A DNA stretch of 64,000 bases, from the NCBI GenBank assembly GCA_051418015.1, contig JBPRGF010000033.1, positions 427,564 through 491,563 of the forward strand, in the 5' to 3' direction. The translations under genes and the position numbers were made by a program. This document shows positions 49,935 through 60,455 of the stretch, in pieces. The number at the start of each line of letters is the position of its first letter. Positions within the stretch are counted from its first letter, which is position 1. The notes below the pieces were generated by a model. It was not told the origin of the DNA, searched no databases, and saw nothing but the letters and a program-made list of their open reading frames with translations. Origin of the DNA: Candidatus Nitrospinota bacterium M3_3B_026. Its GTDB lineage: Bacteria > Nitrospinota_A > UBA7883 > JBPRGF01.

Positions 49935-51224
49935 ATGACGAAAAAAAATATATTCGTGATAGGTCTGGAGCGGTTCAACCTGGAAAAGCTCAAAACCATC
50001 CGGAACGCCGCCGACTACAACTTTCACGGTCTGATGGATTACAAGGAAGTGGTCAAACCGCTTGACTACCCCTACGACGCGATGCTTGCCAAGGCCGAGC
50101 GGGAGCTGCGGGATTTTCCCGGGCATATCGACGCCATCATCAGTCACTGGGATTTCCCCGTGGACACCATGCTCCCCATCCTGTGCGAGAGGTTCGGCCT
50201 GCCCGGGCCCTCGCTGGAAAGCGTCCTCAGGCTCGGCCACAAATACTGGGCCCGGCTGGAGCAGCAGAAATATATTCCCGAACATATTCCCCGCTTCTGC
50301 GCGGTCGACCCCTACGCGGACGATCCCCTTAAGCAGATTGACCTGGATTTTCCGTTCTGGATCAAGCCCGTCAAGTCGTTCGGCTCCTATCTCGGTTTTC
50401 ACATCCACAGCGAGGAGGAGTTCCACCGGCGCATCGAGACTGTCAGGGCCAGCATCCCGCGCATCGGAAACGCCTTCAACACCGCCCTCGGCCATGCCCA
50501 ACTGCCGCCGGAGGTGGAAGGGATCGGCGGCAACCATTTAATCGCCGAGGAGGTCATCACCGGCGACCGGCAGAACGGACCCGAAGGTTACGTCTACAAC
50601 GGCGAGGTGTTCATACACGGCATCACAGACACGGTCCGGGACGAGTGGAACCGCAGTTTCATCCGCTACGAGTATCCTTCGGTCTGGCCGGAGCATATGC
50701 AAAAAAAGAGCGTCGAGGTCGCCCGGAGGCTGCTCGCCAACGTGGGGCTGGACAACGCGCCTTTCAACCTGGAGTTCATCTGGGACGAGGACAGCGGCGC
50801 CCTCACCCTCATAGAAGTCAACCCCCGCATCTCCCAGTCGCTGAGCGGCATGTTCGAGATGGCTCATGGCGCGTCAAATCACGAGGTGGCCGTGGAGCTG
50901 GCCCTGGGGCGCAAGCCGGACTACCCCAGGCCGGAAGGCAGGTTCAAATGCGCCGCCAAGTTCATGTGGCGCCGGTACGAGGACGCGCGGGTGGTGAAAA
51001 CGCCGAACCTCGAACAGATCGAACGGGCGCATAGAGAGATACCGGGATCCGAAGTTTACATCGAGGTGGAGGAGGGGATGCGCCTTTCGGAGCTGAGGGA
51101 TCAGGACAGCTACAGCTACGAGATCGCCATCCTGCTGGTCGGCGCGCAAAACCATGAGCAGCTTTTAGACCATGAGCGCCGCCTGCGCGAGATTCTGAAA
51201 TTCGAGTTCGCCGAGGTAAAGTAG
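49935..51224 (+). CDS. ATP-grasp domain protein (putative amino-acid/peptide ligase)
   Basis: HKYWAR, FPFWIKPVKSFGS, AEEVITG, NLEF, LIEVNPRIS. Confidence 0.85.
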   Translation: MTKKNIFVIGLERFNLEKLKTIRNAADYNFHGLMDYKEVVKPLDYPYDAMLAKAERELRDFPGHIDAIISHWDFPVDTMLPILCERFGLPGPSLESVLRLGHKYWARLEQQKYIPEHIPRFCAVDPYADDPLKQIDLDFPFWIKPVKSFGSYLGFHIHSEEEFHRRIETVRASIPRIGNAFNTALGHAQLPPEVEGIGGNHLIAEEVITGDRQNGPEGYVYNGEVFIHGITDTVRDEWNRSFIRYEYPSVWPEHMQKKSVEVARRLLANVGLDNAPFNLEFIWDEDSGALTLIEVNPRISQSLSGMFEMAHGASNHEVAVELALGRKPDYPRPEGRFKCAAKFMWRRYEDARVVKTPNLEQIERAHREIPGSEVYIEVEEGMRLSELRDQDSYSYEIAILLVGAQNHEQLLDHERRLREILKFEFAEVK

Positions 51225-51229
51225 AAGGT

Positions 51230-53254
51230 ATGAAAGTCGTCACAGAGTTCCCCCGCCGGGTGAAATGTATCGAGCACACGCTGATCCCCATGAGCGACGG
51301 GGCCAGGCTGGCGGCCAGGATATGGCTGCCGGAGGACGCGGAGCAAAACCCCGTCCCCGCGATCCTCGAATATATCCCCTACCGCAAACGGGACCTGACC
51401 CGGGAGCGCGACGCCTTGACCTATCCCTACCTGGCCGGGCATGGCTACGCCTGCGTTCGGGTGGATTTGCGCGGCAGCGGCGAGTCCGACGGAGTCCTGG
51501 TGGACCAGTACCGCCAGCGGGAGCTGGACGACGGCGCGGAGGTGATCCGCTGGCTGGCGGAGCAGCCCTGGCTCAACGGGGCCGTCGGCATGATGGGGAT
51601 ATCCTGGGGCGGCTTCAACAGCCTGCAGATCGCCGCGTTGCGCCCCCCGGAGCTGAAGGCCGTCGTCACCGTCTGCTCGACAGACGACCTCTACCTGGAC
51701 AACATGCATTACATGGGCGGCTGCCTGCTGACGGACAACCTCTCCGAGGCCACCACCATGTTCTCCGTCAACACCTGCCCCCCGGACCCCGCCCTCGTGG
51801 GCGAGCGGTGGCGGCAGATGTGGCTCGAGCGCCTTTCGGGCAGCGGCCTGTGGCTTGAGAAATGGCTCAGCCACCAGCGGCGCGACGATTACTGGAAGCA
51901 CGGCTCGGTTTCCGAACACTACGGCGCCATCCAATGCCCGGTGATGGCCGTCGGCGGCTGGACGGACGGCTACACCAACGCCATATTCCGCCTGCTCGAG
52001 AATCTCGAGACGCCCCGCCAGGGCCTTATCGGCCCCTGGGGCCACAAGTACCCCCATCTCGGGATGCCGGGGCCTGCCATCGGCTTTTTGCAGGAGGTTT
52101 TGAGGTGGTGGGACCACTGGCTCAAGGGGAAAGAGACCGGGATCATGGACGAGCCCATGCTGCGGGCCTGGATGCAGGAGAGCGTCCCGCCGACCACACG
52201 CTACACCTTCCGCCCCGGCCGCTGGGTGGGGGAGCGGATCTGGCCCTCGCCCCGTATCCGGACGATACGCCGCCCCCTGGCCCCCGGCCGCATAGCGGAG
52301 ACTGATGAGCCGGGCGAAGACGCGAACGCCGCCCAGACCATCCAGTCGCCCTTGAGCGTCGGGCTGTTCGCGGGCAAATGGTGCTCCTACACCTACGCCC
52401 CCGACCTGCCCCACGACCAGCGCGAGGAGGACGGCGGCGCCCTCGTCTTCGACAGCGCTCCGCTGGAGGACGACATGGAGATACTGGGGGCGCCGGTGGT
52501 GGAGCTTGAGCTTTCCTCCAACCAGCCGATGGCGATGATCGCGGCGCGCCTTTCCGACGTGGCGCCGGACGACAAGGCCACCCGCGTCACCTACGGCCTG
52601 CTGAACCTCACGCACCGCGACAGCCACGAAAACCCCGAGCCGCTGGCGCCCGGCAAGCGCTACAGGGTGAAGCTGCCATTAAACAACGTGGCGCAGGTCT
52701 TCCCCCGGGGCCATCGCCTGCGCCTGTCCTTTTCCACCTCCTACTGGGCTTTGGCCTGGCCGCCGCCGAGGCCCGTATGCCTGACCATATACCCCTGCGC
52801 CAGCGCCCTGTCGCTGCCCGAACGCCCGCCGAGGGAGGAGGACGCCGAAATCGGTTTCGAGTTGGCGGAGGTCTCGCCGCCCATCGCCATAACGCCCCTG
52901 GAGCCGCCGCACCACAACTGGCTGGTCCACCGGGACCTGGCCAGCGACGAGTCCACCCTGGAGGTGATCAAGGACGAGGGTGTCTATCGTATAGAGGAGA
53001 CCGGCATGGAGGTAAGCGATAAAACCTGGGACTTGTACACCTACCGGGGAGACGATTTTCGGACCCTGAAAGCGGAAACCCGCACCGAACGCGCCTTCCG
53101 CCGGGGTGGCTGGTCCGTACGAACCACTACCCGCACCGTCCTCACCTCCGACGCCGAAAACTTCCATATCCGCGCCGAGTTGGACGCCTACGAGGGGGAC
53201 AAACGCGTCTACTCGGAGAACTGGGACAGAACCATCCCCAGAGACCTGGTGTGA
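51230..53254 (+). CDS. CocE/NonD family serine hydrolase (S15-like)
   Basis: IPMSDGARLAARIWLP, PYRK, DLRGSGESDG, GISWGG nucleophile, GPWGH. Confidence 0.92.
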   Translation: MKVVTEFPRRVKCIEHTLIPMSDGARLAARIWLPEDAEQNPVPAILEYIPYRKRDLTRERDALTYPYLAGHGYACVRVDLRGSGESDGVLVDQYRQRELDDGAEVIRWLAEQPWLNGAVGMMGISWGGFNSLQIAALRPPELKAVVTVCSTDDLYLDNMHYMGGCLLTDNLSEATTMFSVNTCPPDPALVGERWRQMWLERLSGSGLWLEKWLSHQRRDDYWKHGSVSEHYGAIQCPVMAVGGWTDGYTNAIFRLLENLETPRQGLIGPWGHKYPHLGMPGPAIGFLQEVLRWWDHWLKGKETGIMDEPMLRAWMQESVPPTTRYTFRPGRWVGERIWPSPRIRTIRRPLAPGRIAETDEPGEDANAAQTIQSPLSVGLFAGKWCSYTYAPDLPHDQREEDGGALVFDSAPLEDDMEILGAPVVELELSSNQPMAMIAARLSDVAPDDKATRVTYGLLNLTHRDSHENPEPLAPGKRYRVKLPLNNVAQVFPRGHRLRLSFSTSYWALAWPPPRPVCLTIYPCASALSLPERPPREEDAEIGFELAEVSPPIAITPLEPPHHNWLVHRDLASDESTLEVIKDEGVYRIEETGMEVSDKTWDLYTYRGDDFRTLKAETRTERAFRRGGWSVRTTTRTVLTSDAENFHIRAELDAYEGDKRVYSENWDRTIPRDLV

Positions 53255-53326
53255 GCCCTCTCACCGATGGACATTCCGTATCAAGCGCCCGCCAGCGGAC
53301 GGGCCAGGCCACTTTCGAGGGCAAGA

Positions 53327-55156
<1,830 letters not shown>

Positions 55157-55313
55157 ATGTTCCGTTGTCAGAAAAAAACCGTGAACATAGCACGGATCGG
55201 GTCGCAAAAGGGAAAAGAATAGAGAATGGCTTGCTTTTCAAACCGCTTTTTATAATTCTACCACAACAGGTCTCCTCTTTCCTTGACGATTTTTTCTCTG
55301 TAAAGATCGACTC

Positions 55314-55530
55314 ATGTGGTCATTGAAGACTACGAACATCATCGAGTCGGTGAACGCCATGGCGGAGCATCGTTGCGGGCGAGTTGATTACTGGAAGAAC
55401 TCGAGCCAGAAGCAACGCTGGCTTGCGCCGGCGTTGCTGGATATTGAAGGGAGGCTGAACCGGCTGTCCGGTTATCGCCATTTGCCCGCGTTGCGGGACG
55501 CGACAGCCAGGGAGCTGAAAGTCCTCGGCC
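55314..55530 (+). mobile_element. IS256-family transposase C-terminal remnant
   Basis: SLKTTNIIESVN..GRVDYWKNSSQKQRW..ALLDIEGRLNRLSGYRHLPAL matches the IS256 C-terminal pattern; no N-terminal part; end approximate. Confidence 0.75.
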
Positions 55531-55638
55531 TCAATAGAACAGCGAAGCAAAAAAACTCGGTGAGCGCTACGAGATGGCGGCGACGGGCGTTTACGCTTAC
55601 AACTCCACCCGCCTCGCAGCCGCAACTGCTTGAAAAAT

Positions 55639-55714
55639 TGGAGCGGGCGAAGGGGCTCGAACCCTCGACCCTCAGCTTGGGAAGCTGATGCTCTACCAAC
55701 TGAGCTACGCCCGC
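55639..55714 (-). tRNA. tRNA-Gly (anticodon CCC)
   Basis: GCGGGCGTAGCTCAGTTGGTAGAGCATCAGCTTCCCAAGCTGAGGGTCGAGGGTTCGAGCCCCTTCGCCCGCTCCA; 76 nt cloverleaf with encoded CCA. Confidence 0.97.
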
Positions 55715-55889
55715 ACGCTCCTGCGACTCTTATAATAACATATGCTTTCGGCCACGGCTCAATCTCTTCGAGATGTGCCCCGGTAAGTCCCGCCGTCTCA
55801 TGTGCGTGGCGTGGGCTTTGAACGCCTTCAGCGCCCTGACCACGCCTTTCCTGAACTTCGTGCCGTCGATCGAGGACCTCGGCGACGCT

Positions 55890-56099
55890 TGGTGCACTTC
55901 CCGGTTGAATGTAGGCCCTTGTGAACCGGAGGGGAGTTGCGATCCGGTTCCCGGGCCTGCCCGATCTTTCTGATCGACCTCCCCTCAGCCTTCAACACCG
56001 ATATCATTTCTCGCTCTTCAACGCACAACTGATTGTATCTCTTTCCCATAACCACCCAGAATAACCTCCCTCCGGGTGGTGCACTTCCTTATTGAACTT
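55890..56099 (-). mobile_element. IS30-family remnant: left end, truncated HTH, and a second end-like motif
   Basis: MGKRYNQLCVEEREMISVLKAEGRSIRKIG resembles the IS30 N-terminal HTH; TGGTGCACTTCC-N3-TTGAA at 55890-55909 and 56077-56096. Confidence 0.7.
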
Positions 56100-56227
56100 T
56101 GGAACCATTATTTCTGCTCTTTATGAGCGCAGACGCGCGAGCGAAGCATCTCAAACGTGACAATCTCTTGCCGCGCTCGAGGCCACAGACTTTTTTCCAA
56201 GGCGATTTGTTCATCCGGGCGGCCTCG

Positions 56228-57757
56228 TCATGCGTGTATCTTGCGCACCTTTATCCCGTATTTCTTTATCCTGTACCTCAGTTGGCGCAGGGTGATCCCC
56301 AATATCTCCGCCGCCCTGGTCTGGACGCCCCTTGAGGCTTTCAGGGCGGATTCGATGGCGAGAATCTCCTCCACCATGACGTCCCGCTCGACCGGGATGG
56401 GGGCATGTTCCTCGACCGATGGAGCCGGATCGGGCGGCTCGGCGGCCCAGTCGCCCATGTCGAGCGCCGCTTCCACGTTGATCATCCCGTTTCTTTCCAT
56501 CACGTAGGCGCGGCTCAAAAAGTTTTCGAGCTCCCGGACGTTGCCCGGCCACCGCAGCCCCATCAGGAACTCGACATCGCCCCGCGATATCTTCACCGAT
56601 TTGCCGTACTCTATGTTCAGTTTCTGGAGAAAATATTTCACCAAAAGGGGGATATCCTCCGCGCGCTCTCTCAGCGGGGGCATGGTGATCGGGATGACGT
56701 TGAGCCTGTAAAAAAGATCCTCCCTGAACGCTCTTTCATGGATGGCCTCTTCGATGTCGGCATTGGTGGCGCAGATAACCCGGACGTCCACCTTGATCGT
56801 CCCGGATCCGCCCACCCGCTCGAACTCCCCCTCCTGGAGGACTCTCAAAAGCTTTGTCTGGAAGCTCAGCGATGTGTCGCCGATCTCGTCGAGAAAGATC
56901 GTGCCCCCGCTGGCGAGTTCGAACCTCCCTTTTTTCGCGCTCACGGCCCCGGTGAAGGCGCCTTTCTCGTGGCCGAAAAGCTCGCTTGCCAGCAGGCTGT
57001 CTGAGAGAGCCGCGCAGTTCACGCTGATGAAAGGGGCGCGGCTTCTCAGGCTGCTCTTGTGTATGGCCTTTGCGATAAGCTCCTTGCCTGTCCCGCTCTC
57101 CCCGCGGATGAAAACGCTCGCCCTGCTCGTTGAGACGCGCTTTACGATGTCCCCTATCTTCCGAATGGCCAGGCTCTCCCCCACGACGCCCTCCAGCGCC
57201 ATCGGGATCCTCTCGCTGGAGGGCTCATAGAAAACGCGCGCGCCGACCTCCCGCGCGGCCAGGTGGAGCCCTATCATATCCGTCATCACGCTCAGGAGCT
57301 TCGCCCGCTCCTTTATCTGCTCGTCACCGCGCAGAAAGGCTATCAGGACGCCGAAATAAAAACCCTTGTCCCGCCCGTATATGGGAATAGAAACGAAAAT
57401 GGAGTACCCCTCCTCTATCACCTCGGGAATAATGACGGGGATGGAGCGGGCCTCGTCCGGGAAAAGCATATGCTCGTAGGCGAACTGGTGGGGATAACGG
57501 GATATGTACTCACAAAGCTCACGGCTGGCCCTGCTGCTTTCCTGCTCCGTAAGCTCCGGCGCCAACTCTATGTTGAAATCGCCGGTCACGTTGTCCCGAA
57601 CCAGGAGAATGGGGTTGCGGATGGAAAAGGTGTCGAGCAACATGCTGAGCACCATGTTGATCTTCACCAGGCGGGAGCCGGTCGACCTCAGAAGCTTTCC
57701 CGCCTGCGCGATGAAATCAAAATAATCAGGCTCTCCCCCCGGGCCGCTTTTTCTCAT
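56228..57757 (-). CDS. NifA-like sigma-54 activator (GAF-like, AAA+, HTH)
   Basis: Start ATG 57757 after GAGGGG; GESGTGKE, GAFTGA, WPGNVRELEN, VQTRAAEILGITLRQLRYRIKKY. Confidence 0.9.
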   Translation of the reverse strand: MRKSGPGGEPDYFDFIAQAGKLLRSTGSRLVKINMVLSMLLDTFSIRNPILLVRDNVTGDFNIELAPELTEQESSRASRELCEYISRYPHQFAYEHMLFPDEARSIPVIIPEVIEEGYSIFVSIPIYGRDKGFYFGVLIAFLRGDEQIKERAKLLSVMTDMIGLHLAAREVGARVFYEPSSERIPMALEGVVGESLAIRKIGDIVKRVSTSRASVFIRGESGTGKELIAKAIHKSSLRSRAPFISVNCAALSDSLLASELFGHEKGAFTGAVSAKKGRFELASGGTIFLDEIGDTSLSFQTKLLRVLQEGEFERVGGSGTIKVDVRVICATNADIEEAIHERAFREDLFYRLNVIPITMPPLRERAEDIPLLVKYFLQKLNIEYGKSVKISRGDVEFLMGLRWPGNVRELENFLSRAYVMERNGMINVEAALDMGDWAAEPPDPAPSVEEHAPIPVERDVMVEEILAIESALKASRGVQTRAAEILGITLRQLRYRIKKYGIKVRKIHA

Positions 57758-57792
57758 TCGATAATGCCCCCTCGGTTTACCGGAAACTGCCC

Positions 57793-57833
57793 TGTCAGTA
57801 TTGTCAATCTGGTATGAATTGTCAACCATGTCA
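57793..57833. promoter_or_regulatory. Tandem candidate activator binding sites
   Basis: TGTCA-GTAT-TGTCA (57793-57806) and TGTCA-ACCA-TGTCA (57820-57833), offset by 27 bp. Confidence 0.55.
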
Positions 57834-57878
57834 TTCCCGCCAAGAGGGTATCTATCTGTATTACATGGAGTTGTCCCT

Positions 57879-57893
57879 TGGCACGCATCTTGA
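57879..57893 (+). promoter_or_regulatory. Sigma-54 promoter of the heme-copper oxidase operon
   Basis: TGGCACG-CATC-TTGA: perfect -24 element, -12 element reads TTGA instead of TTGC. Confidence 0.65.
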
Positions 57894-57937
57894 CATGACA
57901 AGTCATGCAAATGGTCTTTTTTAATAAGGAGGGGGCA

Positions 57938-58528
57938 ATGGAAACGATCGACTCCAGCGACGTTCTGGGGCTTATGAAGTTTGTCTACATCGCATATTTG
58001 GGGGTGGTCTTCTCCCTGCTCGGGATGTACGCCTATTCCATCACGAGGCCGCACAAGGTCCAGCCAAGGTTCAGGGTTCCCTTCTACGGGTGGATAGGGT
58101 TTCTGATCTTCGCGGGCGTTGGAGTGCATGTTCTCACTTTCAGCAAGATCCCGTGGGTCAAGTGGGACCTGACACGCCATCAGGCCGAGGTGGACCGGGA
58201 GTACGACATTGTAGTGGCCGACTACAGCTTCAAGCTGCCCGATGAGGGGCTGGAGATAGGAAAGGGGGAGATGGTGCGGTTCAACCTGGAGTCCAGGGAT
58301 TACACATATGGCTTCGGCCTTTTCAGGGAGGACGGGACAATGGTTTTCCAGATGCAGGTTGTCCCCGGCGCCAGGAACGATCTTGTCTGGAAGTTCGATA
58401 AGCCGGGCGTTTACTCCATCCGTTCCACGGAATACTCCGGCCCCAGGGGCGGGAGCATGATCGTGGAAAACTCAGTGATGGTGTCGCCGGCGCCTGCCCT
58501 GGCCAGCGCGGGGACGACCCAGAGCTGA
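57938..58528 (+). CDS. Heme-copper oxidase subunit II-like cupredoxin lacking CuA ligands (gNOR subunit II)
   Basis: Two TMs; DYTYGF and RSTEYSGPRGGSM where COX2 has DVxHSF and CxEYCGxxHxxM; RBS AAGGAGG. Confidence 0.85.
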   Translation: METIDSSDVLGLMKFVYIAYLGVVFSLLGMYAYSITRPHKVQPRFRVPFYGWIGFLIFAGVGVHVLTFSKIPWVKWDLTRHQAEVDREYDIVVADYSFKLPDEGLEIGKGEMVRFNLESRDYTYGFGLFREDGTMVFQMQVVPGARNDLVWKFDKPGVYSIRSTEYSGPRGGSMIVENSVMVSPAPALASAGTTQS

Positions 58529-58573
58529 CGGGAAGGCTCGTCTTTAAACATCTAAGGAAGTAAAGAGGGGGTT

Positions 58574-60163
58574 ATGCTCAACGTATCAAATCTGAATCCG
58601 CTGCAAAGGGTGGCGCTTCGCTTCGCGGTCATCTCCTTGCTCTTTTACGGGCTTTGCATAGTGGAGGGGATGATCATGCGGGCCAACCAGATAGATTTTT
58701 CGCTGGTGGACCCGGATCATTATTTCGCCATAATGGGCGCCCACCCCATGGTTGGGGTTTTCGGGAGCAGCTTCATGCTGGTTTTCGGGGCGTTCTATTT
58801 TCTCGTCCCCACGTTGCTCAAGAAGAGCATATACAGTCAAAGGCTGGCCGAGCTGACGTGGGTTTTGATGACCATCGGCGTCTCCCTCGTCTGGCTCAGC
58901 GGATTCATTTTCCGTTATGCCGCGCTCTACACGAACTACTGGCCGCTTCCCGTCTCCGCTGAGTTTTCGCCATACGGGCTGGCGACCTTCGCCGTGGGCA
59001 ACATCATCATCATGAGCGGGGTAGCCCTGTTCTGCTACAACCTGTTCGGCACGGTGTTCCACCAGCGGGAGGAGAAAAAGCCGCTGGGGCCGCTCCTGAT
59101 ATCCGCGGTGGGGATCGACGGCTTCATCAACCTCTACCGCAGGATGAGGGGGCGGAAGGTCGAGGAGCCGATCATGCCCCTTCCCGTAGTGGCCATATTC
59201 CGCGGCACCGTAGACACGATCCTCGACGCCGCGGTGCTGGGGGGGATATCCGTAATCTTCCTCTACCACGCCTGGCACGCCATCGTGGGCGTGGAGCTGT
59301 CGCCGGAGTGGTTCGACGCGCTGCTTTACAAGAACATCTACTGGTGGGGGCTTGATCTCATCGCCGACGGGCTGGTGCTCATATACGTTGCTGGTACGTG
59401 GTACCTGCTCGCCACCCTCATCACGGGGCAGAGGCTCTTTATGGAGAACATCGCCCGCGCCGCCCTGCTGGTGGAGCTTGTCGTCTCCTGGAACGTGTGG
59501 AGCCACCACCTGCTGGCCGATCAGGGGCAGCATAACGTGTTGAAAATCATCTCCGGCGAAATGGTCACCGCCTTCGAGCTCGTCACGTCCGGCATCGCCG
59601 TCTTCGTGACGTTGATGACCATATGGAAGGCGCGGCCGATCAGGATGACGCCCCCCTTGAAGTTCCTGCTTGGCGGGATACTCGGCTTCTCCCTGGGCGT
59701 TCCGGCGGGGATAATCCAGGCCGACCTGGGCATGAACCGGATACTGCACAACACTCAGTGGGTCATCGGCGCCCACGCGCACATGCAGCTTCTGGTGGGG
59801 CTGGGGATGACCCTTTACGCCGCTGTGTACACTCTCTTCCCCATGCTCACCAATAACGTTAAGCTCAAGAGCGACAGGCTTACGAACTTTCACTTCTGGG
59901 CGCACCTTATAGGTGGCGTGGGAATGTCCGTCTCCATGGGCTTCGCCGGCATGGACGGGATGCTGCGCAGGACAATCTATGTCGGGAGCCACCACTTCCA
60001 GGCGGAGATGGCCGCCGCCGCCTTCTTCGGATCCCTTATAGTCCTGGCGTACCTGGCCATGATGTACAACATCATCACCTCCATAGGCGTCAAGGGGCTG
60101 GTGGAGATATTCGTCAAGCTTCCCGAGAGACGCGGTGAAGCCGAACGGCCGGCCGGCGCCTGA
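58574..60163 (+). CDS. Heme-copper superfamily subunit I, gNOR-type putative nitric oxide reductase
   Basis: About 12 TM; H57, H311/H312 (WSHH), H401/H403 (GAHAH); helix-VI His replaced by Asp261 (WWGLDLIAD); no cross-link Tyr; Glu301. Confidence 0.82.
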   Translation: MLNVSNLNPLQRVALRFAVISLLFYGLCIVEGMIMRANQIDFSLVDPDHYFAIMGAHPMVGVFGSSFMLVFGAFYFLVPTLLKKSIYSQRLAELTWVLMTIGVSLVWLSGFIFRYAALYTNYWPLPVSAEFSPYGLATFAVGNIIIMSGVALFCYNLFGTVFHQREEKKPLGPLLISAVGIDGFINLYRRMRGRKVEEPIMPLPVVAIFRGTVDTILDAAVLGGISVIFLYHAWHAIVGVELSPEWFDALLYKNIYWWGLDLIADGLVLIYVAGTWYLLATLITGQRLFMENIARAALLVELVVSWNVWSHHLLADQGQHNVLKIISGEMVTAFELVTSGIAVFVTLMTIWKARPIRMTPPLKFLLGGILGFSLGVPAGIIQADLGMNRILHNTQWVIGAHAHMQLLVGLGMTLYAAVYTLFPMLTNNVKLKSDRLTNFHFWAHLIGGVGMSVSMGFAGMDGMLRRTIYVGSHHFQAEMAAAAFFGSLIVLAYLAMMYNIITSIGVKGLVEIFVKLPERRGEAERPAGA

Positions 60164-60183
60164 CACCCGCAAAAACCCTTTTC

Positions 60184-60217
60184 GCCGGGCCGGAGGCTTT
60201 TTGGCCTCCGGCCCGGC
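60184..60217. terminator. Strong GC hairpin after the oxidase operon (terminator or stabiliser)
   Basis: 14-bp perfect stem GCCGGGCCGGAGGC/GCCTCCGGCCCGGC with a 6-nt loop; no canonical U-tract on the plus strand. Confidence 0.5.
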
Positions 60218-60455
60218 CCAAAAAAATCTCCCGATCGGAACGGCGTAGTTCCGACGATGCCCACCCTTTTCCACCGAATCTTCCGGCGAATCTCACCGGA
60301 AGCTCTGTTATTTATTGAAATTTAACCCGTTCTGCGTTAAAATTCGATGTTTTTTACCAGCGTCAGACAGCGTCAGAAAATGGCGGCCGGGTTTTTCAGC
60401 AGATCAATCAAGGATCTGGACGCATGGATTTCATGGAAATTGTGAGGGCTCGATA

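Noticed and set aside
55639..55714. tRNA-Gly as attB of an integrated island or prophage
   Set aside because: No integrase and no duplicated tRNA 3' end seen in the window; only IS fragments
56228..58180. 650-aa version of the NifA-like ORF
   Set aside because: The extension overlaps the oxidase subunit II gene and its promoter; ATG 57757 has an RBS and gives a normal architecture
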